Below are positions 9,713 to 16,922 of a stretch of 36,757 bases of DNA, one piece after another. Position 1 is the first letter of the stretch. Each line of letters opens with the position of its first letter. A program made the translations under genes and the position numbers. The stretch comes from Thermoplasmatales archaeon (lineage in GTDB: Archaea > Thermoplasmatota > JASEFT01 > JAUWIS01), in NCBI GenBank assembly GCA_030019485.1, contig JASEEW010000001.1, positions 1-36,757 on the forward strand, read 5' to 3'. The notes under the pieces were generated by a model, which saw only the letters and a list, made by a program, of their open reading frames with translations, did no database searches and was not told where the DNA came from.

Positions 9713-11041
9713 ATGAAAATATCAATCATAGGGACAGGATATGTTGGTCTTACTACAGGGATAGCATTTGCCAAGTACGGTTTTAATGTTGTTTGTGTTG
9801 ATAAAGTAAAAGGAAAGATTAAAAGTTTGAGTAATGGTGTTGCGCCTTTTTATGAGCCAGGATTGGGTAAGATACTTAAGAAACTGGTGGATGAACGTTT
9901 GATTGAAGGTTCAACAAATCTTGAAAAAGCTGTAAAAAACAGTGATGTTTCATTTATATGTGTTGGTACACCTTCCTTGCCCAATGGGTTAATAAGTTTA
10001 GAACATGTTAAGGATGCAGCAAAAGATGTTGGAAAAGCATTAGAAAAGAAAAAAGGCTATCATCTTGTTGTCGTAAAAAGTACAGTAACACCTTTAACAA
10101 CAGAAAAAATTGTTTTAGCTTTAATTGAAAAATATTCTAAGAAAAAGGTTGGTAAGGATTTTGGAATTTGCATGAACCCTGAGTTTCTGAGAGAGGGAAA
10201 CGCATTAAATGATGCATTACATCCTGACAGGGTTGTTATGGGTGAATATGACAAAAAAAGTGGTGACATTTTAATGAAACTTTACAGGAACTTTAAATGC
10301 AAAAAAATGAGGACAAAACTTAGAACTGCTGAGATGATTAAATATGCAAGCAATTCTTTTCTCGCAACAAAAATCACGTTTGCAAATGAGATGGCAAACA
10401 TATGTGAAAAATTTGGGATAGATGTTTATGAGGTTATGAAAGGTGTTGGTCTTGATAAAAGAATCTCGCCGTATTTTCTTAACGCAGGGTGTGGGTTTGG
10501 TGGAAGCTGCTTCAAAAAAGATATAAGTGCCATTATTTCTGCATCTAGATCAAAAAACTATACACCGAAACTGCTGGAAACCGTTCTTGATATGAATGAA
10601 ACACAGCCACTACAAATCATAAGAATGGCTGAATCAGTTTTAGGTAATCTAAAAAATAAAAAAATCACATTACTTGGATTATCATTTAAACCAGGAACAG
10701 ATGATGTCAGAGAAACAAGGGCTTTGTCTATTGCAAAAACACTTTTAAAGAAGGGTACAAAAATTATTGCCTATGACCCAAAAGCAATGAAAAATTTTAA
10801 AAAACTAGCTGGGCATAGAAACATTGTGTATGCAAAGAATGCAAAGGCAGCACTGCGAAAAGTTGATGCTTGCATAATTCAAACATCATGGGAAGAGTTT
10901 AAGAATTTAAGACCTAAGGATTTCAAGGTGATGAAAACACCGGTAGTTATCGATGGTAGGAGGACTTTTGATAATACAGAAATTTTTGCTAAAAATGGAA
11001 TAGTTTATCTTGGCATTGGGTGGAAAAATTTCGCGATATAA
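9713..11041 (+). CDS. ugd: UDP-glucose 6-dehydrogenase family (UDP-glucose/GDP-mannose dehydrogenase)
   Basis: N-terminal Rossmann motif ISIIGTGYVGL, catalytic Cys motif GFGGSCFKKD, and a C-terminal UDP-binding domain (GLSFKPGTDDVRET). Confidence 0.9.
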   Translation: MKISIIGTGYVGLTTGIAFAKYGFNVVCVDKVKGKIKSLSNGVAPFYEPGLGKILKKLVDERLIEGSTNLEKAVKNSDVSFICVGTPSLPNGLISLEHVKDAAKDVGKALEKKKGYHLVVVKSTVTPLTTEKIVLALIEKYSKKKVGKDFGICMNPEFLREGNALNDALHPDRVVMGEYDKKSGDILMKLYRNFKCKKMRTKLRTAEMIKYASNSFLATKITFANEMANICEKFGIDVYEVMKGVGLDKRISPYFLNAGCGFGGSCFKKDISAIISASRSKNYTPKLLETVLDMNETQPLQIIRMAESVLGNLKNKKITLLGLSFKPGTDDVRETRALSIAKTLLKKGTKIIAYDPKAMKNFKKLAGHRNIVYAKNAKAALRKVDACIIQTSWEEFKNLRPKDFKVMKTPVVIDGRRTFDNTEIFAKNGIVYLGIGWKNFAI

Positions 11042-11076
11042 CAAAAATTTAAGTACAAGCACGCATATTATCTTTT

Positions 11077-11253
11077 ATGGCGCAGCAAAAGAAAACAAAA
11101 AAAGGCGAGGGTTTTCATTCAGCCGCAGGGCTGATACGCTACTTTGATTCAGAAGAGGAGACAGCATTAAAAATTGACCCGAAACTCGTTATTGCTTTTT
11201 GCATCGGCATTGCCATAATGCTTGAGGTTGTAAGATATTTGTACCCAACATAA
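11077..11253 (+). CDS. secG: Preprotein translocase subunit Sec61-beta / archaeal SecG (58 aa, below the ORF-track cutoff)
   Basis: My own translation is MAQQKKTKKGEGFHSAAGLIRYFDSEEETALKIDPKLVIAFCIGIAIMLEVVRYLYPT. The AGL(I/M)RYFD motif plus a single C-terminal TM helix is the Sec61-beta signature. Confidence 0.75.
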   Translation: MAQQKKTKKGEGFHSAAGLIRYFDSEEETALKIDPKLVIAFCIGIAIMLEVVRYLYPT

Positions 11254-11422
11254 AATTTTGCTCCCAAAAAAATCTGAATAATTTTTAAAAAAAATTCATA
11301 ACTTTTCTTTTTATTTCCAAATTTTTTCAAAACATAGAGAAACATTTATCTGTTAACAATGCATTACCGTTCATGATAAAATTCTATTTTGGAATTTTAT
11401 CAGGTTGTGTAGGAGGTAAGAA

Positions 11423-11491
11423 ATGGCAAAGAAAAAAGCGAAGAAGAAAGCGGTAAAGAAGAAGGGAGCTAAGAAAAAGAGAAGAAGATAG
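11423..11491 (+). CDS. Hypothetical 22-aa poly-Lys/Arg micro-protein
   Basis: ATG at 11423 lies 5 nt after a strong AGGAGGT motif. Translation is MAKKKAKKKAVKKKGAKKKRRR, with a TAG stop. A hairpin and a T-rich tract follow. Confidence 0.35.
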   Translation: MAKKKAKKKAVKKKGAKKKRRR

Positions 11492-11520
11492 ATGCTCTCA
11501 TCTTCTATTTTTTTCTTTTT
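11483..11520. terminator. Hairpin plus T-rich tract between convergent micro-ORF and MtaB-like gene
   Basis: AGAAGATAGA (11483-11492) pairs with TCT-C-ATCTTCT (11496-11506, one bulged C). ATTTTTTTCTTTTTTT follows. Confidence 0.4.
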
Positions 11521-12774
11521 TTAATTTTGTATTACAACACCTTTCAGATACGTATCATATGCATCTATGATTTTTACATCAACAAATCTTCCCAAATCTA
11601 TTTTGTCTTTTATCACAACAGGCCTGTACGCATCTGTCCTGCCAATCACCGTGTTGTTTTTTCCAAACTCTGCTGTGAGTATTTTTTCTTTTCTTCCAAC
11701 AAAAGATTCAAAATTCTTTTTACTGATTTCTAATCTTAGTTTTGAAAGTTTCTTTGTTCTTCCCTTGACAATTTTACTGTCCAATCTTTTCATGGTGTAT
11801 GCCTTTGTTTTCGGTCTCGGTGAAAACGCCTTAACATTAACAATATCCGGTCTTGTTTCTTTAATCAGCTCGCAGCTTTTTTGAAACTGCTGAGATGTTT
11901 CTGTTGGGAAGCCGGCGATAATATCTGTGGAAAGCGTGATGTCGTTAAATGCGCCTCTGAACCTGCGCACAATGTATCTAAAATCATCCACCCTGTAATT
12001 TCTTCCCATCTTTTGAAGTATTTCATCGTCACCGCTCTGAACCGGCAGATGCAGAAACCTGAAAACCTTTTCATCACTGTATGAATCGAGGAGTTCATCA
12101 AGTGCTGGTAAAACGGTGTCAGGGTTCATCATCCCGATTCTGAGTTTGAAATCGCCAGAAATTTTTGTTAGATTGTTAATTAATTCTGGCAAATTTTTGT
12201 CAATGTCCTTTCCATAGGCGCCTGTGTCCTGCGCGGTAATCCTGATTTCCTTGTATCCAAGATTTACTGCCCTTTCAACACATTTCCCTATGCTATCAGG
12301 GGGATAACTTTTTAGATTTTTTCTCGCAATCTTTGTTATGCAGAAAGAACATTTTCCCAGGCATCCTGACGAGATTGGTATGATTGCTTCAACCCGTTTT
12401 TCCTTTCTTTTTGGCGGGTAAGGATATAATTTTGTTTTGTAATTTTTTGTTCCATCAATCATCCCCAGTATTTTGCAGAGCTCATCTGGCGGTAAAATCT
12501 TTGCGGTTGGCGCAATGTTTTTTATTTTTTCTTTTTCAGCAGATGCCATGCATCCTGCAACAACAAGGTTTTTTCCTGTTGAACTAAATTCTTTTATCCT
12601 GTTAATCATTCTTCTCTCTGTGCTTTCAATAACTATGCATGTGGCAAGAACTAGAACATCCGCATCATCAACGTTATTTACTATCTCATGTCTTTCACTT
12701 ACAATGTCTTCCATTATTTTTGCCTCACCATAGTTCATTGAGCATCCATGCGGTTCAAAGTAAACTTTCATCAT
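11521..12774 (-). CDS. MiaB-family radical-SAM methylthiotransferase, archaeal/eukaryal (CDKAL1 / e-MtaB-like) type
   Basis: 417 aa. UPF0004 N-domain (VYFEPHGCSMNYGE), radical-SAM CxxxCxxC (SSGCLGKCSFC) and a C-terminal TRAM-like domain. Confidence 0.85.
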   Translation of the reverse strand: MMKVYFEPHGCSMNYGEAKIMEDIVSERHEIVNNVDDADVLVLATCIVIESTERRMINRIKEFSSTGKNLVVAGCMASAEKEKIKNIAPTAKILPPDELCKILGMIDGTKNYKTKLYPYPPKRKEKRVEAIIPISSGCLGKCSFCITKIARKNLKSYPPDSIGKCVERAVNLGYKEIRITAQDTGAYGKDIDKNLPELINNLTKISGDFKLRIGMMNPDTVLPALDELLDSYSDEKVFRFLHLPVQSGDDEILQKMGRNYRVDDFRYIVRRFRGAFNDITLSTDIIAGFPTETSQQFQKSCELIKETRPDIVNVKAFSPRPKTKAYTMKRLDSKIVKGRTKKLSKLRLEISKKNFESFVGRKEKILTAEFGKNNTVIGRTDAYRPVVIKDKIDLGRFVDVKIIDAYDTYLKGVVIQN

Positions 12775-12864
12775 GATGCATTTGTTTTTGGATATAAAAT
12801 TGTTTTCCTACTGCAAAGTCAAGGAAGATATGCAGCATTGATAAACAAATGAAAGGCGCAATAT

Positions 12865-12925
12865 TACGGAATTTGCTCTGCAAATTCCTAATATTTCAGG
12901 AAAAATGCAGAGCGTTTTTCCGTGA
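12865..12925 (+). repeat. Paired-palindrome element, copy 1 (upstream of bioY)
   Basis: GGAATTTGC-TCT-GCAAATTCC (12868-12888), linker TAATATTTCA, then GGAAAAATGC-AGA-GCGTTTTTCC (12899-12921). Palindrome centres are 32 bp apart. Confidence 0.75.
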
Positions 12926-12932
12926 AAAGTGT

Positions 12933-12956
12933 AAAATGCAAAATATTTTGCATTTT
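12933..12956. repeat. Perfect 24-bp palindrome AAAATGCAAAAT|ATTTTGCATTTT
   Basis: Read directly. It lies between element copies 1 and 2 in the MtaB/bioY divergent intergenic region. Confidence 0.85.
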
Positions 12957-12991
12957 TCAATTTGCATTCTTCATTTTTCACTAGTTATTAT

Positions 12992-13047
12992 GGAAAACGT
13001 TGAAAACGTTTTCCTAATATTTTAGGAAAATGCTTTCGGCATTTTCC
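12992..13047 (+). repeat. Paired-palindrome element, copy 2 (upstream of bioY)
   Basis: GGAAAACGTT-GAA-AACGTTTTCC (12992-13014), linker TAATATTTTA, then GGAAAATGC-TTTCG-GCATTTTCC (13025-13047). Centres are 33 bp apart. Confidence 0.75.
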
Positions 13048-13087
13048 GTAAAATGCAGATGTCTGCTGACTTTACAATAAGCATAGA

Positions 13088-13097
13088 TTTATATATT
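13088..13097 (+). promoter_or_regulatory. Candidate TATA box of bioY
   Basis: TTTATATATT lies ~40 nt upstream of the ATG at 13134 and ~30 nt upstream of the AGGTGA ribosome-binding motif (13124-13129). Confidence 0.4.
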
Positions 13098-13133
13098 CAC
13101 TTATCAATTACCACTTCTCTAAAAGGTGAAAAA

Positions 13134-13751
13134 ATGAACGTGTTCATAGAAGGATACAAAAACAGCATGCACAATTTTTTTAAATGGAGAACTGAAACAA
13201 AATTTGTTTACAAACTTGTGATGTGTTGCTCTTTTGCCTGTTTCACAGGCTTGATGGCACAGCTCAGGTTTTATCTTCCATTCACACCTGTTCCATTAAC
13301 AGGGCAGACATTCGCAGTCCTACTTTCAGGTGTAATACTTGGAAAATACTATGGCGGTCTCAGTCAGGGTATTTATGCAGGACTTGGGTTTGCTGGTGTT
13401 CCATGGTTCGCAAATTGGAGTGGGGGGCCTGCTGTCCTGTTAGGACCAACAGGCGGGTACATAATTGGTTTTATTCTTGCTGCATTATTCATAGGCTGGG
13501 CTGTTGACTCAAATGTTAAGATAAGAAGTTTACCAAGCATGCTTGGTTTAATGCTGTTTGCCGATATAGGGTTAATCCTTATCCCTGGAACATTATGGCT
13601 GTACATATGGCTGAATACTTTTTATCCTGCTGGTATATGGGAAGCAATGCTGATGGGCTTCATTCCTTTTGTAGCAGGTGACGCAGTAAAGGCTTTTGCT
13701 GCTGGAACAGCCGGACGACTGACAATACCAAAAACTGCCTACAGTAGATAA
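13134..13751 (+). CDS. bioY: Biotin transporter BioY (ECF S-component type)
   Basis: PFTPVPLTGQTFAVLLSGVILG..GLGFAGVPWFA..GPTGGYIIGF is the BioY signature. I prefer the start at ATG 13134 (MNVFIEG), which follows AGGTGA. The listed ORF start at 13053 is an upstream extension. Confidence 0.9.
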   Translation: MNVFIEGYKNSMHNFFKWRTETKFVYKLVMCCSFACFTGLMAQLRFYLPFTPVPLTGQTFAVLLSGVILGKYYGGLSQGIYAGLGFAGVPWFANWSGGPAVLLGPTGGYIIGFILAALFIGWAVDSNVKIRSLPSMLGLMLFADIGLILIPGTLWLYIWLNTFYPAGIWEAMLMGFIPFVAGDAVKAFAAGTAGRLTIPKTAYSR

Positions 13752-13755
13752 ATTC

Positions 13756-14136
13756 ATGAAACTAAGAGGGCATCATCTAATATGCTTTCAGTTTTTTAGA
13801 GGAGAAGGATATAGCAAAATTTTTGTGGAAAACGCAAAAAAGATAGCTGAATACTGGGAAAAAAACCCTGCTGAAACAGTAAATCATGCAGATGATATAT
13901 GCGGGTTTTGTCCTTTTCTAAGAAATGGAAAATGCAGTAAATATGAGGATATTGAGAAGAATGATGAACTTGCATTAAAACTCTTAGGATTGAATGTAGG
14001 GGATAAGGTAAGAAAGGGTTTTGTAAAAAAACAGCTGCCAAAAATACTTAATGAATGGAAAGAAAAGGCATGTAAAAATTGTGAGTGGAAAAAACTGTGT
14101 GTATTGGAATATAAAAATATTACATCAAATGGATAA
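13756..14136 (+). CDS. DUF1284-like cysteine-rich protein
   Basis: 126 aa. N-terminal LRGHHLICFQFFRGEGYS and the paired Cys motifs (CGFCPF..C, CKNCEW..C) resemble what I recall of DUF1284. The start is 4 bp after the bioY stop. The 3' end overlaps birA by 17 bp. Confidence 0.55.
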   Translation: MKLRGHHLICFQFFRGEGYSKIFVENAKKIAEYWEKNPAETVNHADDICGFCPFLRNGKCSKYEDIEKNDELALKLLGLNVGDKVRKGFVKKQLPKILNEWKEKACKNCEWKKLCVLEYKNITSNG

Positions 14137-14824
14137 CATCACCTGAAACGATTTTTTCACCAGATTCAAGAACTAATCTGCCATGTTCATCAACATCTAC
14201 TGCTTTTCCATCAATAACCTTGTTTGTTGCTTTTATTTTTACTCTCCTGCCTATTGTGGAGCAGAGTTTTTTGTACTCATCCAAAACATTTTTCTTGGAA
14301 AATTTTTCAAAATTCTTCAGAATACTGTTTAAAACTGCATCCCTGGAAACATTTTTTCCTGTTTCATCATTTATTGATGTTGCTGTTTCCAGGGGTGTTT
14401 TATTTATGTTTACGCCAACACCAACAACAGCAAAATCATCAAGGCACTCGATGAGTATGCCTGAAATTTTTTTGTCCCCCACCATAACATCATTAGGCCA
14501 TTTTAACACTGGGAATAAACCAAAATTTTTTAATGAGACTGCAACAGTGACGCCTGCGATTAATGGAAGCATTGGGTTTTTTTTGGTAGCAATAGAAAAA
14601 TAAAGCCCGCCAAAAGGTGAAAGCCATCCCCTGTTCATTCTTCCCTTTCCTTTTGTCTGCTCATCAGCAACAACAGCAAAATTTTTTTCACCTTTCATTT
14701 CATGGAAAAATGCAGGGCATTTTTCCTGAAATATTAGGAATTTGCTCTGCAAATTCCGTAATAGAACAATTTTTTTTGCCACATCATTTGTTGAAGTTAC
14801 CTTTTTGAAATGATAAATTTTCAC
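14120..14824 (-). CDS. birA: Biotin--protein ligase (BirA catalytic type, no N-terminal HTH), carrying an in-frame insertion
   Basis: IYHFKKVTSTNDVAK .. VVADEQTKGKGRMNRGWLSPFGGLYFS .. LKWPNDV is the BPL signature (GRGR-type loop reads GKGRMNR). GTG start at 14824. There are ~20 extra residues between the STN helix and the VVADEQT strand. Confidence 0.85.
   Translation of the reverse strand: MKIYHFKKVTSTNDVAKKIVLLRNLQSKFLIFQEKCPAFFHEMKGEKNFAVVADEQTKGKGRMNRGWLSPFGGLYFSIATKKNPMLPLIAGVTVAVSLKNFGLFPVLKWPNDVMVGDKKISGILIECLDDFAVVGVGVNINKTPLETATSINDETGKNVSRDAVLNSILKNFEKFSKKNVLDEYKKLCSTIGRRVKIKATNKVIDGKAVDVDEHGRLVLESGEKIVSGDVIHLM
14701..14762 (-). repeat. Paired-palindrome element, copy 3 (inverted), inside the birA reading frame
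   Basis: GGAAAAATGC-AGG-GCATTTTTCC (14704-14726), linker TGAAATATTA, then GGAATTTGC-TCT-GCAAATTCC (14737-14757). The 21-mer is identical to 12868-12888, and the linker is the exact reverse complement of the copy 1 linker. Confidence 0.8.
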
Positions 14825-14864
14825 AAAACAAAATCGTTATTTGTGAAGATTAAGGTTTGCATCA

Positions 14865-15020
14865 GCCCTTTCTTTCTCTTTACAAGAGAAAGAAAGCGAC
14901 TGGCGGAAAGAAAGAGAAAACAGCCAACTCTCAGTTGGCTTAGGCGGTTGCTTCGCAACCGCCAATCTCTTCTTTTTTCGCCAGCGTTTTTCTTTTCTCT
15001 AAGAGAGAAAAGAAAAAGGC
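14865..15020. repeat. Composite ~155-bp palindrome containing four perfect stem-loops
   Basis: H1: CTTTCTTTCTCTT-tac-AAGAGAAAGAAAG (14868-14896). H2: AGCCAACT-ctc-AGTTGGCT (14922-14940). H3: GGCGGTTGC-ttc-GCAACCGCC (14943-14963). H4: TTTTTCTTTTCTCT-aag-AGAGAAAAGAAAAA (14987-15017). The outer parts are also mutually complementary (CGACTGGCG 14897-14905 with CGCCAGCG 14979-14986). Confidence 0.75.
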
Positions 15021-15024
15021 TGTG

Positions 15025-15354
15025 TCACATGAACGTCGGCGGACTCCCAACTGTCAGATAAACTGCTTTTTCATCACCAATATTTTTTGCCCCATGAAGA
15101 AGATTAGACTTGTGCCAGAGCGCATCGCCTTCCCCCATGACATAGAAGTTCTCTCCAACCCTGTATTCTATTTTTCCTTTAAGTAAAATGTGTATTTCCT
15201 CCCCCTCGTGTTTGTACAGTTTGGATTCCACGCCTATCCCCATCTCTGATATTACTGCTTCCATTCTTTCTGATTTCATCAGCATTCTAAACAGTTTACC
15301 TGGTTCTCCTGTTTTGTATTTTCCCTCTCCTTTTTTCATAAATATTTCATCCAT
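15025..15354 (-). CDS. Small cupin-domain protein
   Basis: ~109 aa. HEGEEIHILLKGKIEYRVGENFYVMGEGDALWHKSNLLHGAKNIG fits the two-motif cupin pattern. I prefer ATG at 15354, which follows GGGGGTGA. The listed start at 15369 is a GTG. Confidence 0.6.
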   Translation of the reverse strand: MDEIFMKKGEGKYKTGEPGKLFRMLMKSERMEAVISEMGIGVESKLYKHEGEEIHILLKGKIEYRVGENFYVMGEGDALWHKSNLLHGAKNIGDEKAVYLTVGSPPTFM

Positions 15355-15369
15355 TTTTTTCACCCCCAC

Positions 15370-15476
15370 ACTCAGTAGTTAGGGGAGAGCAGTTAGAAGT
15401 TAGGGAACATCTGACTCCTAACTCCTGATCCCTAACTCCTTGCCTTAACCCTTGATCCCTAACTACTCCCATTTTT
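15370..15476 (-). repeat. Intercistronic TTAGGG-unit hairpin element, copy 1 (pycA stop to cupin start)
   Basis: Plus strand: GTAGTTAGGGG..AGTTAGAAGTTAGGGA..TCCTAACTCCTGATCCCTAACTCC..GATCCCTAACTAC. The outer 10-bp arms GTAGTTAGGG/CCCTAACTAC and inner AGTTAGG/CCTAACT arms are complementary. Confidence 0.7.
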
Positions 15477-16922
15477 TCACCCCTGACTTGCAGAAATATA
15501 TGCCTGAACGCCAGCCATAGCAGCTGCTATTTTCGGCGCTGAACTCTGAGCTTTTTGCGCCTTCACATATTCAACAACCTGGTCAAGAATCTTATATTTT
15601 GGTATGAAGCTTGTGTTGTATTCACCTTTTACCCACTGGGAATGATTCATTACAACGGTATGGAATGGTATGTTGTTGCGTACACCCCCAATCTGAAACT
15701 CCCATAATGCCCTTTTTGTCCTTGCTATAGCCCTAGATCTGTCCTCTGCCCAGATAATCAACTTAGCAATCATTGAATCATAGAATGGTGGGATGATGAA
15801 GCCCTGGTAAACACCTGAGTCTATTCTAACACCAGGACCAGATGGCTCTGCATACCTTATGATTTTGCCTGGCGCAGGCATAAAATTGTTTAATGGGTCC
15901 TCAGCATTGATCCTGCATTCTACGGCATGCCCTCTGGGTTTTATGTCCTCTTGCTCATACTCAAGCTCCAGTCCTGATGCAACCCTGAGCTGCTCCCTTG
16001 CCAGGTCAATGCCTGTGATTGCTTCTGTTATAGGATGCTCAACCTGAAGACGCGTGTTCATCTCCAGAAAATAATATTTTCCATCCTTGAACATGAACTC
16101 ACATGTGCCGGCATTGTAATATTTTGCTGTTTTTGCTACCAGAACAGCCTGCTTTCCCATTTCTTCCCTGAGTTCTGGTGTGAGGGCACAGGAGGGTGTT
16201 TCCTCAATCAGTTTCTGATGCCTACGTTGAACACTGCATTCCCTCTCACATACATGAATAAGATGCCCGTGCTTGTCACCTATAACCTGGAACTCTATAT
16301 GACGTGGGTCTTTAATGAATTTCTCTATAAAAACAGCATCATCCCCAAATGAGTTCTTTGCCAGACGTCTTATACTCTCTAAAGTTGTATTCATCTTCTC
16401 ATCAGAGTCAACCATCTGAATACCTATTCCCCCGCCTCCGGCGGAAGCTTTAAGCATGATGGGGTAACCAATCTCATTTGCTATCTCCTTTGCCCTCTCA
16501 TGGTCAGATATAGCCTCTGTCACACCCGGCACGACATGAACGCCTGCTTCTATCATGGATTTTTTTGAGTCAATTTTTGAGCCCATGAGCTCCATTGCCC
16601 CCACAGGAGGACCAATGAATTCTATCCCGTTTTCTTTACACAACTTAGCAAAGTCGGCGTTCTCAGCCATGAAACCATAACCAGGATGTATGCCTTCCGC
16701 ATTGCATTTTAATGCCACGTCTATGATTTTTTCTTTGTTGAGATAACTCTGGGATGCCGGTCCAGGACCTATGTTGTATTTCTCATCAGCATATTTCACA
16801 AACAATGCGTTTTTGTCAGCATCAGAATAAACAGCCACAGTTGCTATACCAAGCTCCTTGCATGCCCTTATTATTCTTACAGCAATTTCTCCCCTGTTTG
16901 CAATTAGCACCTTGTTAAGCAA
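15477..16922 (-). CDS. pycA: Biotin carboxylase subunit (pyruvate carboxylase subunit A type; could equally be a 2-oxoglutarate carboxylase small subunit)
   Basis: 481 aa. KVLIANRGEIAVRIIRA, the ATP-grasp glycine loop KASAGGGGIGIQ, and EMNTRLQVEHPITE. TTG start at 16922 directly abuts the pycB TAG stop, with GGTGAT 6 nt upstream. Confidence 0.85.
   Translation of the reverse strand: MLNKVLIANRGEIAVRIIRACKELGIATVAVYSDADKNALFVKYADEKYNIGPGPASQSYLNKEKIIDVALKCNAEGIHPGYGFMAENADFAKLCKENGIEFIGPPVGAMELMGSKIDSKKSMIEAGVHVVPGVTEAISDHERAKEIANEIGYPIMLKASAGGGGIGIQMVDSDEKMNTTLESIRRLAKNSFGDDAVFIEKFIKDPRHIEFQVIGDKHGHLIHVCERECSVQRRHQKLIEETPSCALTPELREEMGKQAVLVAKTAKYYNAGTCEFMFKDGKYYFLEMNTRLQVEHPITEAITGIDLAREQLRVASGLELEYEQEDIKPRGHAVECRINAEDPLNNFMPAPGKIIRYAEPSGPGVRIDSGVYQGFIIPPFYDSMIAKLIIWAEDRSRAIARTKRALWEFQIGGVRNNIPFHTVVMNHSQWVKGEYNTSFIPKYKILDQVVEYVKAQKAQSSAPKIAAAMAGVQAYISASQG

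Noticed and set aside
11139-11345. 68-aa minus-strand ORF.
   Set aside because: It overlaps the well-supported Sec61-beta/SecG reading frame on the opposite strand, and its translation has no features.
14120-14824. Classical BirA autoregulation through an N-terminal wHTH binding a bioO-type operator.
   Set aside because: The protein begins directly with the catalytic-domain STN motif, so no HTH domain is present. The palindromes do not resemble the TTGTAAACC-type BirA half-sites I recall.
14810-15061. 83-aa plus-strand ORF (..RERKRLAERKRK..REKRKRL..) across the cupin/birA spacer.
   Set aside because: It is produced by reading through the purine/pyrimidine stems of the composite palindrome. 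Its Arg/Lys/Glu repeats mirror the hairpin arms, and there is no start context.
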